In this document: in pieces, positions 28,096 to 42,105 of the stretch | Layout of the letters: each line of letters opens with the position of its first letter | How positions within the stretch are numbered: position 1 is the stretch's first letter | Source of the DNA: an uncultured Holophagaceae bacterium | GTDB lineage: Bacteria; Acidobacteriota; Holophagae; Holophagales; Holophagaceae | DNA length: 64,000 bases | Reading direction: 5' to 3' | Assembly (NCBI GenBank): GCA_963751095.1 | Contig: CAVVTK010000009.1 | Coordinates: forward strand, 911-64,910 | The notes under the pieces: model-generated | Database searches by the model: none | What the model was told of the DNA's origin: nothing | The model's input: only the letters and a program-made list of their open reading frames with translations | Made by a program: the position numbers and the translations under genes

Positions 28096-29268
28096 TCACA
28101 GCCGCTCCACCAGGATCGCCACGCCCTGCCCGCCACCGACGCAGAGGGCCGCAAGACCGAGCTTCTTGTTCTCGTCCTGGAGCAGGTGCAGGAGCGTCAC
28201 CAGGATGCGGGTGCCGCTGGCGCCGATGGGATGGCCGATGGCGATGGCGCCGCCGCGGAGGTTGACCTTGGCGGGATCGAGGTCAGGCAGCTCCGCCAGC
28301 ACGCCCAGGCTCTGGGCGGCGAAGGCCTCGTTCAGCTCAAAGAGGTCGATGTCCTGAAGCTTCACGCCGGTCTTCGCCAGCAGCTTCTGGATGGCGGGCA
28401 CGGGCCCCAGGCCCATGGTGGCGGGATCCACGCCGGCCTGGGCGAAACCGAGGATGCGGGCGATGGGCTTGCGGGCCTTGGCGGCGGCCTCGGAGGCCAG
28501 CACCAGGGCTGCGGCGCCATCGTTGATGCCGCTGGCGTTGCCAGCGGTCACGGTGCCGTCCTTCCTGAAGGCCGGGCGCAGCTTGGCCAGGCCCTCGGCG
28601 GTGGCATCGGTCTTGATGTACTCGTCCCGGTTGAACACCGTGTCGCCCTTCTTCCCGGCCAGCGTCACGGCGAAGACCTCGCGGTCGAAGGCGCCGGCGG
28701 CCTGGGCGGCCGCAGCCTTCAACTGGCTGGCGAGGGCGAAGGCATCCTGGGCTTCGCGGGTGATCCCGTGCCTGGCGGCGACGTTCTCGGCGGTGATGCC
28801 CATGTGGGTATCGCCATGGCCGCACCAGAGGCCGTCCTGGATCATGCTGTCGATGAGCTTGGCGTCGCCCATGCGGGCGCCCCATCGCGCGGCGGGCAGC
28901 AGGTAGGGGGCGTTGGACATGCTCTCGGTGCCCCCGGCCACCACCAGGTCGGCGTCGCCCATGGCGATGGACTGGGCGCCCAGCGAGATGGCCTTGAGGC
29001 CCGACCCGCACACCTGGTTGGGCGTGTGCGCGGGGGTGGCATAGGACAGGCCCGCCTTCAGGGCGGCCAGGCGGGCGACATTCTGGCCGCTGCCGGCCTG
29101 CAGCACGTTGCCCAGCACCACGTCCCCCACCTGCTCGGCGGCAACCTCTGCCCGGGCGAGGGCTTCGGTGATGGCCAGGGCGCCCAGCTGCACGGCACTC
29201 AACGGCTTCAGGGCCCCGCCGAAGGTACCGACGGCCGTGCGGGTGGCGGAGAGGATGTACGCGGACAT
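28096..29268 (-). CDS. acetyl-CoA C-acetyltransferase (thiolase)
   Basis: [22 protein letters not shown] and LCVGGGQG motifs. Confidence 0.95.
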   Translation of the reverse strand: MSAYILSATRTAVGTFGGALKPLSAVQLGALAITEALARAEVAAEQVGDVVLGNVLQAGSGQNVARLAALKAGLSYATPAHTPNQVCGSGLKAISLGAQSIAMGDADLVVAGGTESMSNAPYLLPAARWGARMGDAKLIDSMIQDGLWCGHGDTHMGITAENVAARHGITREAQDAFALASQLKAAAAQAAGAFDREVFAVTLAGKKGDTVFNRDEYIKTDATAEGLAKLRPAFRKDGTVTAGNASGINDGAAALVLASEAAAKARKPIARILGFAQAGVDPATMGLGPVPAIQKLLAKTGVKLQDIDLFELNEAFAAQSLGVLAELPDLDPAKVNLRGGAIAIGHPIGASGTRILVTLLHLLQDENKKLGLAALCVGGGQGVAILVERL

Positions 29269-29377
29269 GGGGCACTCCTAGGAAGTTCCAGGGTATCGTG
29301 ACTAAACCTTCCCATCCCGGGTTCGTGAACTGCACACCAGGCCCGCCCTGGATCTTTCTTCTCCCACGGGAGCCACC

Positions 29378-30280
29378 ATGACCGTCTTTCGCCGCTGGAT
29401 TCCCCTGTTCCTGGTCGGGAGCGCCCTGCTGGCCCAGGCGCCTCCGCCGCCCCCGCCGCCAGCTCCGCCCGAACCGCCGGCGCCAGTCATCGGCGTGGAC
29501 GTCCCAACGGCCTCCCGCACCGAGCAGCGGACCGAGAAGTTGGCCATGGGCTCCAAGCTTTGGGTGAAGAACCGCAACGGCGGCATCCGGGTCACCGGCT
29601 GGGACAAGGAGGAGGTCACCCTCACCGCGCAGATTCGCGACAGTGCCAAGCGGAAGGTGGAGCTGGTGCTCCAACGCAAGGGCGCCGACCTCGACATCGA
29701 GGCCGTCTTCCAGCAGCCCTCCTGGAGCTTCGGTGTCTACAAGAGCCCCCGCTGCGAAATGACCCTCATGGTGCCCCGCAAGCTGCAGGGCCACTTCCGG
29801 ACCACCAACGGCACCGTCTCGGCCGAGAGCCTGGACGGCTACGCCCGCTGCGAGGCCACCAACGGCAGCATCCTCGTCACCCACATCCGGGGTGAGGTCC
29901 ATGTGGACACCACCAACGGTCCCATCGAGGCCCGAGGCCTGGCGGCCCGCCTCAAGGGCAGCACCACGAACGGCCGGATCATCCTCGAGGACGTGGACGG
30001 CGGCATCCGCCTGGAGACCACCAACGGCAGCATCCGCGCCCGCAACCTCGACGGCTGGGGCGAAGGCATCCACCTGGAATCCACCAATGGCAGCATCGAG
30101 GTGGAGCTGGGCAAGGCCAGCGGCGATCTGCACGCCGAGAACAGCAACGGCCTGCTGGAGGTCAGGGTCAACGGCGCCCAGGTAATCGAACAGACCAAGC
30201 ACAGCGCCCACGTGAAGGTACCCGGCCGTACCCAGACGATCCGCCTCGAAACCACCAATGGCAGCATCCGGGTCAAGTAG
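29378..30280 (+). CDS. DUF4097-family beta-strand repeat protein
   Basis: Repeated TTNG(S/P/R)I motifs; signal peptide and Pro-rich linker. Confidence 0.85.
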   Translation: MTVFRRWIPLFLVGSALLAQAPPPPPPPAPPEPPAPVIGVDVPTASRTEQRTEKLAMGSKLWVKNRNGGIRVTGWDKEEVTLTAQIRDSAKRKVELVLQRKGADLDIEAVFQQPSWSFGVYKSPRCEMTLMVPRKLQGHFRTTNGTVSAESLDGYARCEATNGSILVTHIRGEVHVDTTNGPIEARGLAARLKGSTTNGRIILEDVDGGIRLETTNGSIRARNLDGWGEGIHLESTNGSIEVELGKASGDLHAENSNGLLEVRVNGAQVIEQTKHSAHVKVPGRTQTIRLETTNGSIRVK

Positions 30281-30306
30281 GGCGGCGAGGTAGTACTCTG
30301 GGAACC

Positions 30307-31968
30307 ATGCGCCTGCTGGTTTCCGTTCTCATCTCGATCCTCACCCTGCACGCCCAGACGCCCCGCCTGGCCGACGTGCAGGAGCGGCGGCTGGCCAACG
30401 GCGTCCGCCTGCTGCTGGTGGAGCGGCGGGGCCTGTCCGCCTTCCACGCCACCCTGGTCTTCCGGGGGGGCTGGGCCGAGGAGCCCGCCTCGGCCGCCGG
30501 CGCCATGGATCTGCTGGCCAGGGCCCTCTATGGAAGCACCTGGCCCGAGGACGTGGATCCCGCCAAGGCCCAGCCAGGCCTGGAGGTCCTGCTCAAACAG
30601 GAGGAGGGCCTGCTGGAAGCCCTCCGCCTCGAACGGCTCCGCCAACGCCAGGGATCCGCCGACGCTTCCGCCCTGCCCGCCCTGGAGAGCCACCTGGCAT
30701 CGGTCCAGGCCCGCCTGAGGACGCTTTTCTCGCCTTCCCCGCTGGCCGATCTGTACGCCGCCCGCGGTGGACGCCAGACGGCCGGGGCCACGGCCGATGC
30801 CCTCTTCTCCCATACGGAGCTGCCCCGGGAGGCCTTCGAGTTCTGGTGCCGCACCGAGGCCCAGCGCCTCCGGTCGATCCAGCTGAGCCGGTTCTCGCAG
30901 GTCCGCGCAACCCTCGCCGCCGAGCTCCGTGCCCAGGGAGCCCAGGGGCTGGCCCTGCTGCGCGGTGCGGCCCTGCCCGGCCATCCCTACGGCCGCGATC
31001 TGGCGGACCACCTGCCCTCGCTGGAGGCCCTCCGCTGGTCGGATCTGCGGGCCTTGGCCCGGCGCACCTTGAAGCCCGACCACCTGATGATCGTCGTCGT
31101 CGGCGCCCTGAGTCTGGACAGCATCCTGCCCACCCTGGAGCGCCATCTGGGCACCCTGCCCGCGCCGCCCGAGGGCGAGGATGCGCTGCTGCCAGAGATC
31201 CCCGCCGACCTCGGGGACCGGCGCGTGCAGGCCACCCTGGGCGGATCGCCCAGCCTGCTCTGTGGCTGGCGCCTCCCCACCCGGCGACACCCGGACCACC
31301 TGCCCCTGCGCCTGGCTGGACAGCTGCTGGGGGGCGGGCGCACCGCCCGCCTCGAAAGCCGCCTGGTGCGCCAGAAGGCCCTGGCCCAGCAGTTGGACCT
31401 GCGCATGGACCTGCCGGGCGGCCGGCTTCCGGGCCTGCTGGTGGTCGGCGTGAAGCCCGCCGACGGCCACAGCCTGGCGGAGGTGGAGGGCGCCCTGCAC
31501 AGCGAGATCCTCCGCCTCCAACAGGATCCGATTCCCCAGGACGAGTGGCTGCGCGCCATCGCCCAGCTGGAGGCGGACCATGTCCGGATGCTGGACGAAC
31601 CGGCCGCCCTGGCGCGGGCCCTCGGCGGGGCCTGGGCGGAGGGTGGCGATTGGCGGCTGCTGGAGGCAGACGCCCAGCGCCTCCGCACCCTGACGCCGGA
31701 AGTCGTCCAGGCCGCCGCAAGGGGCTGGCTGAAACCAAGCCACCGGACCACCGTACTACTTGAGCCCACCCCCGGCGGGCCCCTGAACCCGCTCGAGACA
31801 GAGATGGGCCGGGTCCTCCACGCCCTGGCGGCGCTCCGCATCCAGGACCCGGCCCAGCGGGAGCGGCTTGTGTCCGAAGGGCTCCGGCAGCTGCGCATGC
31901 TGAATCCCGAGGAGCGCCAGCGCACCCTGAAGCTGCTCGAAGCCCAGCTCGCCCCGGAGAAGCGATGA
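30307..31968 (+). CDS. M16 (insulinase/pitrilysin) family protein, lacking HXXEH
   Basis: LANGVRLLL, HPYGR and M16C-like segments; GAMDLLARA replaces HXXEH. Confidence 0.8.
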   Translation: MRLLVSVLISILTLHAQTPRLADVQERRLANGVRLLLVERRGLSAFHATLVFRGGWAEEPASAAGAMDLLARALYGSTWPEDVDPAKAQPGLEVLLKQEEGLLEALRLERLRQRQGSADASALPALESHLASVQARLRTLFSPSPLADLYAARGGRQTAGATADALFSHTELPREAFEFWCRTEAQRLRSIQLSRFSQVRATLAAELRAQGAQGLALLRGAALPGHPYGRDLADHLPSLEALRWSDLRALARRTLKPDHLMIVVVGALSLDSILPTLERHLGTLPAPPEGEDALLPEIPADLGDRRVQATLGGSPSLLCGWRLPTRRHPDHLPLRLAGQLLGGGRTARLESRLVRQKALAQQLDLRMDLPGGRLPGLLVVGVKPADGHSLAEVEGALHSEILRLQQDPIPQDEWLRAIAQLEADHVRMLDEPAALARALGGAWAEGGDWRLLEADAQRLRTLTPEVVQAAARGWLKPSHRTTVLLEPTPGGPLNPLETEMGRVLHALAALRIQDPAQRERLVSEGLRQLRMLNPEERQRTLKLLEAQLAPEKR

Positions 31969-33185
31969 GACGGGTCCTGCTGGTCAGCCTGGTCGCCGCG
32001 CTCGCCCTCCAGGCCCAGCCCGGTCCTCAGAGCTTCACCCTGCCCAACGGGCTGCGGGTGGTCCACCTGGAGGACCATGAGCATCCCGTGGTCCGGGTGC
32101 GGCTCCACCTGAGCCTCGAACCGGGCGACACGCCCGCGGATCGACAGGGGCTGCCCCTGTTGGCCATGCGGATGTTCCTCCACTCCGATGCCGCCGATCT
32201 GAAGGCGGAGGGCTTCGACCGCCTGCTGGAGGACTCCGGCATCCAGCTCAGCTCCGGCGCAGAGCCCGGCGCCCTGGAGTGGCGGCTGGCAGCCCGCAGC
32301 CGGGATCAGGACCGGGCCCTGGGCCTGCTGGCGGACCGGCTGCTCCGGACGGTCTTCGACCCCACGGTCCTGGAGACGCAGCGGCTGGCCTGCTGGCGCC
32401 AAGTGGAGCAGCTGGACGCGCCCCCCTTCCAGCGCCTGGAAGCCGCCCTGCTCCAGGGCCCTGGCGCATGCCCCACCGTCGCCAGCCTGGGCGCCATCAC
32501 CCTGGAGGACCTGCTGGCCTTCCGGGCGAAGGTCTTCCGGCCGGACCGGGCCCTGCTCCTGATCCATGGCGACGTGGGTCTGGAACAGGCCAAGCGCCTC
32601 GTGCTGCTGAGCCTGGGATCATGGACTGCCACTGAACCTCCCCGACCGGCGGCCCCCCCCGCCACGGCGGCCCCGGTTGTGGTGGGGGCGGATCCAGGGT
32701 GCATTTCCGCGCCCGGAGGCGGGCTCCGCATCCAGGCTCTCCTGCCCCGGCCGTCGGGCCTCGCGCCGGAGGCCGCCAGCCTGATCGCCCTGCTGATCCC
32801 CGGCGAACCCACGGTTTTTCAGGCGTCCATCGCCTGGCGGCCAGAGGGTCTGCTGGCCACCCTTGATGCCGGGCCGGAGATGACCGGGACGGCTGCCTGG
32901 TCCCTGCTCCAGGAACGCCTCGAGTCTCTTCGCCGGCGCGGATTCACGGCCTCCAACCTGGAGCAGGCCCGAACCGCCTGGACGGCTGGCCGGAGCCTGG
33001 CTTCTCTGGACGCGGAGGCCCAGCTGGACGGCGCCCTAGCCCAGGCCACGGGCCGCGGGGCCACAATGGATCGCATGAAGGCCCTGAGCCTGGATCAGCT
33101 GAATGCCGCACTGCAGGCCTGGCTGGATTCCGGGAGGTTCCGTCGGGGCGCCGCGGGAAGCCGCGAGCGGCAGGCTAGACCCTGA
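31965..33185 (+). CDS. M16 family protein, lacking HXXEH
   Basis: FTLPNGLRV..EDHEHPVV and ITLEDL.AF...FRPDRA.L.I.GD; ATGA overlap. Confidence 0.75.
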   Translation: MRRVLLVSLVAALALQAQPGPQSFTLPNGLRVVHLEDHEHPVVRVRLHLSLEPGDTPADRQGLPLLAMRMFLHSDAADLKAEGFDRLLEDSGIQLSSGAEPGALEWRLAARSRDQDRALGLLADRLLRTVFDPTVLETQRLACWRQVEQLDAPPFQRLEAALLQGPGACPTVASLGAITLEDLLAFRAKVFRPDRALLLIHGDVGLEQAKRLVLLSLGSWTATEPPRPAAPPATAAPVVVGADPGCISAPGGGLRIQALLPRPSGLAPEAASLIALLIPGEPTVFQASIAWRPEGLLATLDAGPEMTGTAAWSLLQERLESLRRRGFTASNLEQARTAWTAGRSLASLDAEAQLDGALAQATGRGATMDRMKALSLDQLNAALQAWLDSGRFRRGAAGSRERQARP

Positions 33186-34053
33186 CCCCGAACCGCGTGG
33201 CCAGGTCGAGGTAGCGGGCCCTGATCCCTTCGATGACCTCTGCCGGAAGGTGCGGCGCCGGGGGCTGCTTGTCCCAGCCGTCCAGCGTCTCCAGATAATC
33301 CCGGAGAAACTGCTTGTCCAGGCTCGGGGGATTCCCGCCAGGCGCCCAGCTGTCCGCCAGCCAGTAGCGGCTGCTGTCAGGCGTCAGGGCCTCGTCGATG
33401 AGGATCAGCTCATCCGCGTCGCTGAGGCCGAACTCGAATTTCGTATCCGCAAGCAGGATGCCCCGCTGAGCGGCCAGCTCGGCGCCGCGGCGGTAGAGGG
33501 CCAGGCTCAGGTTCCTCAGCTTCTCCGCCAGCCCCTGGCCCACGATCTCGGCCATGCGCTCGAAGGAGATGTTTTCATCGTGGCCTTCCTCGGCCTTGGT
33601 GGAGGGCGTGAAGATGGGTTCGGGCAGCCGGTCCGCAAGCCTCAGCCCCGCCGGAAGAGGCACGCCACACACCATCCCCTTGGCCTGGTATTCCTTCCAG
33701 CCGCTGCCCGCCAGGTAGCCGCGTACCACGCACTCGATGGGCAGGGGGCGCGTCTTCTCCACCACCACCGTACGGCCGGCCAGGAACTCGCGATAGGGGA
33801 CCACCGCCTCGGGCCAAGTCTGGTTGCCGCGGAAGTGGTTGGGCACCAGATCCTCGGTGGCCGCCATCCAGTAGGAGGCCACCGCAGTGAGGATCCGCCC
33901 CTTGTCGGGAATGCCTTCGGGCATCACGCAGTCGAAGGCGCTGATGCGATCAGAGGCCACGATGAGCAACTGGCTCCCGAGGTCATAGACATCCCGCACC
34001 TTGCCTCGGCGGAAGACCGGAAACGGGAGATCGGTGCTGAGCAGGACGGACAT
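33175..34053 (-). CDS. purC: SAICAR synthetase
   Basis: RGKVRDVY, SDRISAFD, ECVVRGYLAGSG, DTKFEFG and DEALTPDSSR motifs. Confidence 0.97.
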   Translation of the reverse strand: MSVLLSTDLPFPVFRRGKVRDVYDLGSQLLIVASDRISAFDCVMPEGIPDKGRILTAVASYWMAATEDLVPNHFRGNQTWPEAVVPYREFLAGRTVVVEKTRPLPIECVVRGYLAGSGWKEYQAKGMVCGVPLPAGLRLADRLPEPIFTPSTKAEEGHDENISFERMAEIVGQGLAEKLRNLSLALYRRGAELAAQRGILLADTKFEFGLSDADELILIDEALTPDSSRYWLADSWAPGGNPPSLDKQFLRDYLETLDGWDKQPPAPHLPAEVIEGIRARYLDLATRFGVRV

Positions 34054-34115
34054 GGGGCCCCCTAGTTGGATGGATCAATCATCGCAGGAGAGTGGGTGGG
34101 TTTCAGGCCTCGGTC

Positions 34116-35159
34116 CTACGCCAGTTCCGGAAGCCGCCTGGGCGTGGGCGCCGACCAGTTCAAACCGCCGGGCAGCAACGCGTACCGGTTCATCACGCCC
34201 ACCCAGCGAGCCAGCTCGGACTCACGCACGGAACCATCGGCGCCGGCCAGGGGCAGGCCGAGGAACTGGAGGTAGTCCTGCACCTCAGCACCCGAGACGC
34301 CCAGGAGCCCGGGGAGCCCCTCCAGGTCATAGGCCCGGTCCCCTGGTGGCGCGGCCATGAGCCGGTAGTCGAAGGTCTCCCGCAGCACGGAAGCCGTGGC
34401 CCCGGGGTCCAGTTCCTGGGCGGCATCCAGGTGAGGAAAGGGGTTTCCCCCCATGAGGGCCAGGGCCTGGGCCATGCCGAGGTGGGCCAGCAGGTGGACC
34501 GGATGGACCTTCAGCACGGCCTCGAAGGCCGCCCTCGCCTCCTGGACCCGACCCAGACGCAGCAAGGCCTCGCCGTGGCGCAGCCTTGCCTCCACCCGCC
34601 CAGGTTCCGCCTTCAGCCAACGCTCGGCCACCGCCGCCATCTCCTCGGCCATGCCCTGGGACCGGAAGAAGCCCGTCAGGTAGGCGAGGGCAGTCACATC
34701 CCTCGGCGCCAGGAGGAGCAGGCGGTCCAGGATCTCCGCCGCCCTCAGGGTCTGGCCTTCCTGATCCAGGCGGTGGGACCAGTCCCGCAGAATCTCCACC
34801 TGGCGCGGCACGGGATGGTTGGGGGTGGACCGTGCGGATTCTGCTGGGTGCAGCAGCTGGGTGCGAACCCACAGGTAGCGCAGGGCATTGCGTCCGTCCG
34901 GGCCACCCAGCTCCTCCTCGATGGCGTGGATGATGGTCTTCAGGCCGTGCTCCCAGAGGGGCGGCAGGGGCATCTGGACATGGGTTCGCAGTTCCCGTGT
35001 GAGGGGATCCAGGGGGCTCCCGGCCCGGCCCAGGTGCAGGCGCAGCCTGAGCAGCTCCAGCCCGGGTTCCGGCCCCGGCTGGAAGGCCACGCGCAGGGCC
35101 AGCTCCCCCGTGTCGGGGTCGAAGTCGTCCAGGATCAGGAAACGCAGGTGGGCCCGCAT
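34116..35159 (-). CDS. TPR-repeat protein
   Basis: Several TPR-like helical repeats. Confidence 0.7.
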   Translation of the reverse strand: MRAHLRFLILDDFDPDTGELALRVAFQPGPEPGLELLRLRLHLGRAGSPLDPLTRELRTHVQMPLPPLWEHGLKTIIHAIEEELGGPDGRNALRYLWVRTQLLHPAESARSTPNHPVPRQVEILRDWSHRLDQEGQTLRAAEILDRLLLLAPRDVTALAYLTGFFRSQGMAEEMAAVAERWLKAEPGRVEARLRHGEALLRLGRVQEARAAFEAVLKVHPVHLLAHLGMAQALALMGGNPFPHLDAAQELDPGATASVLRETFDYRLMAAPPGDRAYDLEGLPGLLGVSGAEVQDYLQFLGLPLAGADGSVRESELARWVGVMNRYALLPGGLNWSAPTPRRLPELA

Positions 35160-35252
35160 AAACGTGAGATTAACAAAGATCTAGATCCAAAGGAGGTTGA
35201 CCGGCCCTGAACCAGGGCTGATCATGCAGTATTCAGATGATCGGGGGTTACC

Positions 35253-35837
35253 ATGCGCAGGGGACTGTTGTTCGTGTCATTGCTAGCTAGCCTGCCGGCC
35301 TCGGCCGGTGAGTTGGGCCTGCTGATCGACAAACAAGCCGGAAAAGCCCAGACGGCCGCCTTCAGTGGCCAGAAATACGATGCCGTGAGCCCCACGGGAC
35401 TTGGCATCCGGGGTGGTTTCGATGTCCTCGACCTGAAGATCGCCGCCCTGCAGCTGAATGCGACATGGCACAACAAGACCAAGGGCGATCTGGATTTTGG
35501 CACGGGCAAAGTGGGCGAGCTCGAGAACCAGTACCGGGCCGCGGGCGCCATGGTGAATTGGAAGCTCCTCGTCAATGTGGGCGCCGGGGTGGAGTACCGC
35601 TCGGAGAAGCTCACCTTCCGCCCGAGCGGTGGGGGTAGCACGGACAGCACCCTTGGCCGCCCCTGGGCCCGCGTGAATGTAGGGTTCAGCATTCCCACCC
35701 CAGTGGTGAGCCCCTTCTTCCTCCTCGAAGTAGCGGCACCCCTCTCCAAGAAGGACTCCACAACCACCGTCAAGGACCTCACCGACGCCATGGCTCCCCA
35801 GGTGCAGATTGGCATTTATGGCGGCATCCGCTTCTAG
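35253..35837 (+). CDS. small outer-membrane beta-barrel protein
   Basis: Signal peptide, amphipathic strands, C-terminal GIRF. Confidence 0.7.
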   Translation: MRRGLLFVSLLASLPASAGELGLLIDKQAGKAQTAAFSGQKYDAVSPTGLGIRGGFDVLDLKIAALQLNATWHNKTKGDLDFGTGKVGELENQYRAAGAMVNWKLLVNVGAGVEYRSEKLTFRPSGGGSTDSTLGRPWARVNVGFSIPTPVVSPFFLLEVAAPLSKKDSTTTVKDLTDAMAPQVQIGIYGGIRF

Positions 35838-35855
35838 GCCCAGGCCTTGAATGCG

Positions 35856-35883
35856 AAAGGGGCGCCCCAGGGCGCCCCTTTTT
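35856..35883 (+). terminator. intrinsic terminator
   Basis: AAAGGGGCGCCC-CA-GGGCGCCCCTTTTT. Confidence 0.75.
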
Positions 35884-35914
35884 CGTATCATTAGGGCACT
35901 TTCACCGAGGGACG

Positions 35915-36676
35915 ATGGAACTCCGGATCCTGGGCTGCAGCGGCGGGGAGGCAGATGGCGAGCGCCTGACGGGCCTGCTCGTGAACGGCTGTGTGGCCAT
36001 CGATGCCGGTTCCATCACCTCGGCCCTGACCGTCGAAGAGCAGGTCGGGATTCAGCATGTGTTCCTCAGCCACTCGCACCTGGATCACATCTGCACCCTG
36101 CCCTTCTTCACCAAGAACATCTTCGGCCGCACCCACGAGGCCGTGGAGATTCATGCCCTGCCCGAGACCCTGGATGTACTGCGGCGCCATCTCTTCAACG
36201 ACGAGCTCTGGCCCGACTTCAGCGTGATTCCCAGCCCGAACGATCCCACCATCCGCTACCTGGAGCTGATACCGGAGCACACCTACGACGTGTGCGGTCT
36301 GCGCATCACGCCCATCCGGGTGAACCACCTGGTGCCCTGCGTGGGCTACAAGGTCGATGACGGGAAGGATGCCTTCATCTTCACCAGTGACACCGCGGAG
36401 ACCGATCGCATCTGGGGGTTCGCGAACGCCACGCCTAACCTGCGGCTCGTCATCACAGAAGCCAGCTTCCCCAACGAGCAGGCCCGCCTGGCGGAAGCCT
36501 CCAAGCACCTCACGCCCGCGAAGCTGGGCGCGGAGCTGAAAAAGCTGCAGCGCGACGTGCCTGTGAGGATCTACCACCTGACGCCCGGGGACAAGGCCAC
36601 CATGCTGCCTCAGCTTCAGTCCCTCGGGGACCCCAGGGTGAGCCTCCTCGGCCAGGATGAGCGCATCTCCTGGTAG
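35915..36676 (+). CDS. MBL-fold 3',5'-cyclic-nucleotide phosphodiesterase-like protein
   Basis: LGCSGG, IDAG, SHSHLDHI, H.FN..LWPDF and HLTP motifs. Confidence 0.8.
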   Translation: MELRILGCSGGEADGERLTGLLVNGCVAIDAGSITSALTVEEQVGIQHVFLSHSHLDHICTLPFFTKNIFGRTHEAVEIHALPETLDVLRRHLFNDELWPDFSVIPSPNDPTIRYLELIPEHTYDVCGLRITPIRVNHLVPCVGYKVDDGKDAFIFTSDTAETDRIWGFANATPNLRLVITEASFPNEQARLAEASKHLTPAKLGAELKKLQRDVPVRIYHLTPGDKATMLPQLQSLGDPRVSLLGQDERISW

Positions 36677-36679
36677 GGG

Positions 36680-37069
36680 TCAGGCCTCGGGAAACGCCGA
36701 ATGCAGGGCCGCGAGGGCCTCTTCATAGGCACTCGGCAGGGCATCCGCCAGAACGGGCAGGTCATCCAGATGGCCCTGCCGCGCCGGCGCCTCGATGCGG
36801 GAGACCAGCTCCGCGAACCGCACCAGGCCCAGGTTGCTCAGCGCCCCCTTCAGCTGGTGGGCCTCCATCATGGTCTGCTGAACATCCCGGGCGCACAGCG
36901 CGCTCTGCAGCAGGGCCAGCCGAGCCGGCACATCCTCCTGGAAGAGGGTGATCAGCTCATGGACCAGCACCGGTGACGCTCCGAGGTCGAGGAGGTCGCG
37001 CAAGGGCTGGGGATCGAGGACCGGCAGGTCGTTCAACGCTCCCTCCGAAGGGGTATCTGCAGAAGCCAA
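36680..37069 (-). CDS. stand-alone Hpt domain protein
   Basis: AHQLKGALSNLG phospho-His motif. Confidence 0.85.
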   Translation of the reverse strand: MASADTPSEGALNDLPVLDPQPLRDLLDLGASPVLVHELITLFQEDVPARLALLQSALCARDVQQTMMEAHQLKGALSNLGLVRFAELVSRIEAPARQGHLDDLPVLADALPSAYEEALAALHSAFPEA

Positions 37070-37134
37070 CAGTGTAAGTGGCTTCGAGGATGATTCCCCG
37101 CCCGCGGATCAGCCAGAGGGTCAATGAGTCCGGA

Positions 37135-37557
37135 TCAGAATCCGTGCCCGGCGGGGTGCCCTGCGGCCTGGAGTCGGATCAGGCTGGCATTCAGCTTCGC
37201 CTGGGCCGCAGCCATGTCGTGCTCGGTCTGGGCGTCCTTGAGTAGCTTGAGGGCCCGCTGCCGGGAGGCCTCGGCCCGCTCCAGGTCCAGCGTGTCCATG
37301 GTCTCGCTCTCCCGGGCCAGAATGGTCACGTGGTCGGGGCCGATCTCAGCGAAACCGCCGAACACCGTGAGCCAGTGCTTTTGGCCATCCAGGATGTAGT
37401 AGAGCAGGCCGTCGCCCACCTCGGTCATGACGGGCGTGTGGCCCGGCAGGATGCCGTAGTAGCCGCGGGAGGCCGTAGGGAACTGCACCTCGGCAACCTC
37501 AGCCGAAAAGACCGACCGCTCGGGGGTCACTACTTCAAGTTTGATGGATTGGGACAT
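37135..37557 (-). CDS. atpC: ATP synthase F1 epsilon
   Basis: [16 protein letters not shown] and GGFAEI motifs. Confidence 0.95.
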   Translation of the reverse strand: MSQSIKLEVVTPERSVFSAEVAEVQFPTASRGYYGILPGHTPVMTEVGDGLLYYILDGQKHWLTVFGGFAEIGPDHVTILARESETMDTLDLERAEASRQRALKLLKDAQTEHDMAAAQAKLNASLIRLQAAGHPAGHGF

Positions 37558-37618
37558 GACCGGCTCTCTGGATTGCTCGGAATCCGCGGTGCGGATTCCG
37601 AGTAGGGGAACTGCGAAT

Positions 37619-39953
<2,335 letters not shown>

Positions 39954-39957
39954 CGGA

Positions 39958-41562
<1,605 letters not shown>

Positions 41563-42105
41563 TTAGGCGGTGAGAAGCTGCGTCTTGAGCTGGCGGAGCT
41601 GGCCCTGGAGCGAGGCATCCAGGACCGTGGAGCCCACCTGGACCTTCACGCCGCCCAGGAGGGTGGCGTCCTGGTGCCAGCTGAGGCGGATGGTCTTGCC
41701 GGTGCGGGTGCCCAGCGAAGCGATGAGGGCCTTGGCCTGGGCGTCCGAGAGGGGCTGGGCGCTGGTCACCTTGGCCTCCACGATGCCGGCGCGCTCATCC
41801 ACCTGGTCGGCGAAGGTGCGGCGGATGTCGGGCAGCAGGTTCAGGCGGCCCGCTTCGGCCACCACCTTGAAGAAGTGCCGCATGGTCTCGCTCACCTTGG
41901 CGGTGGCTAGGATGGCCTCGAAGACCTGGGCCTTCTTGGTGGGCAGCACCAGGGGCGAGGCCACCAGGCGGGAGAGGTCGGCATTGGCGGCCACGGTGGT
42001 GGCCACGGTTTCCAGCTCCTGCAGAAGCTGGGGCACGTTCCCCTGCTTGTCGGCGATCTGGAGGAGGGCCTTGGCGTAGCGCCGGGCGGTCAGGCGGCTG
42101 CTCAC
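41563..42105 (-). CDS. atpH: ATP synthase delta
   Basis: ARRYAKAL, LLGG and D.SL motifs; operon position. Confidence 0.93.
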   Translation of the reverse strand: MSSRLTARRYAKALLQIADKQGNVPQLLQELETVATTVAANADLSRLVASPLVLPTKKAQVFEAILATAKVSETMRHFFKVVAEAGRLNLLPDIRRTFADQVDERAGIVEAKVTSAQPLSDAQAKALIASLGTRTGKTIRLSWHQDATLLGGVKVQVGSTVLDASLQGQLRQLKTQLLTA

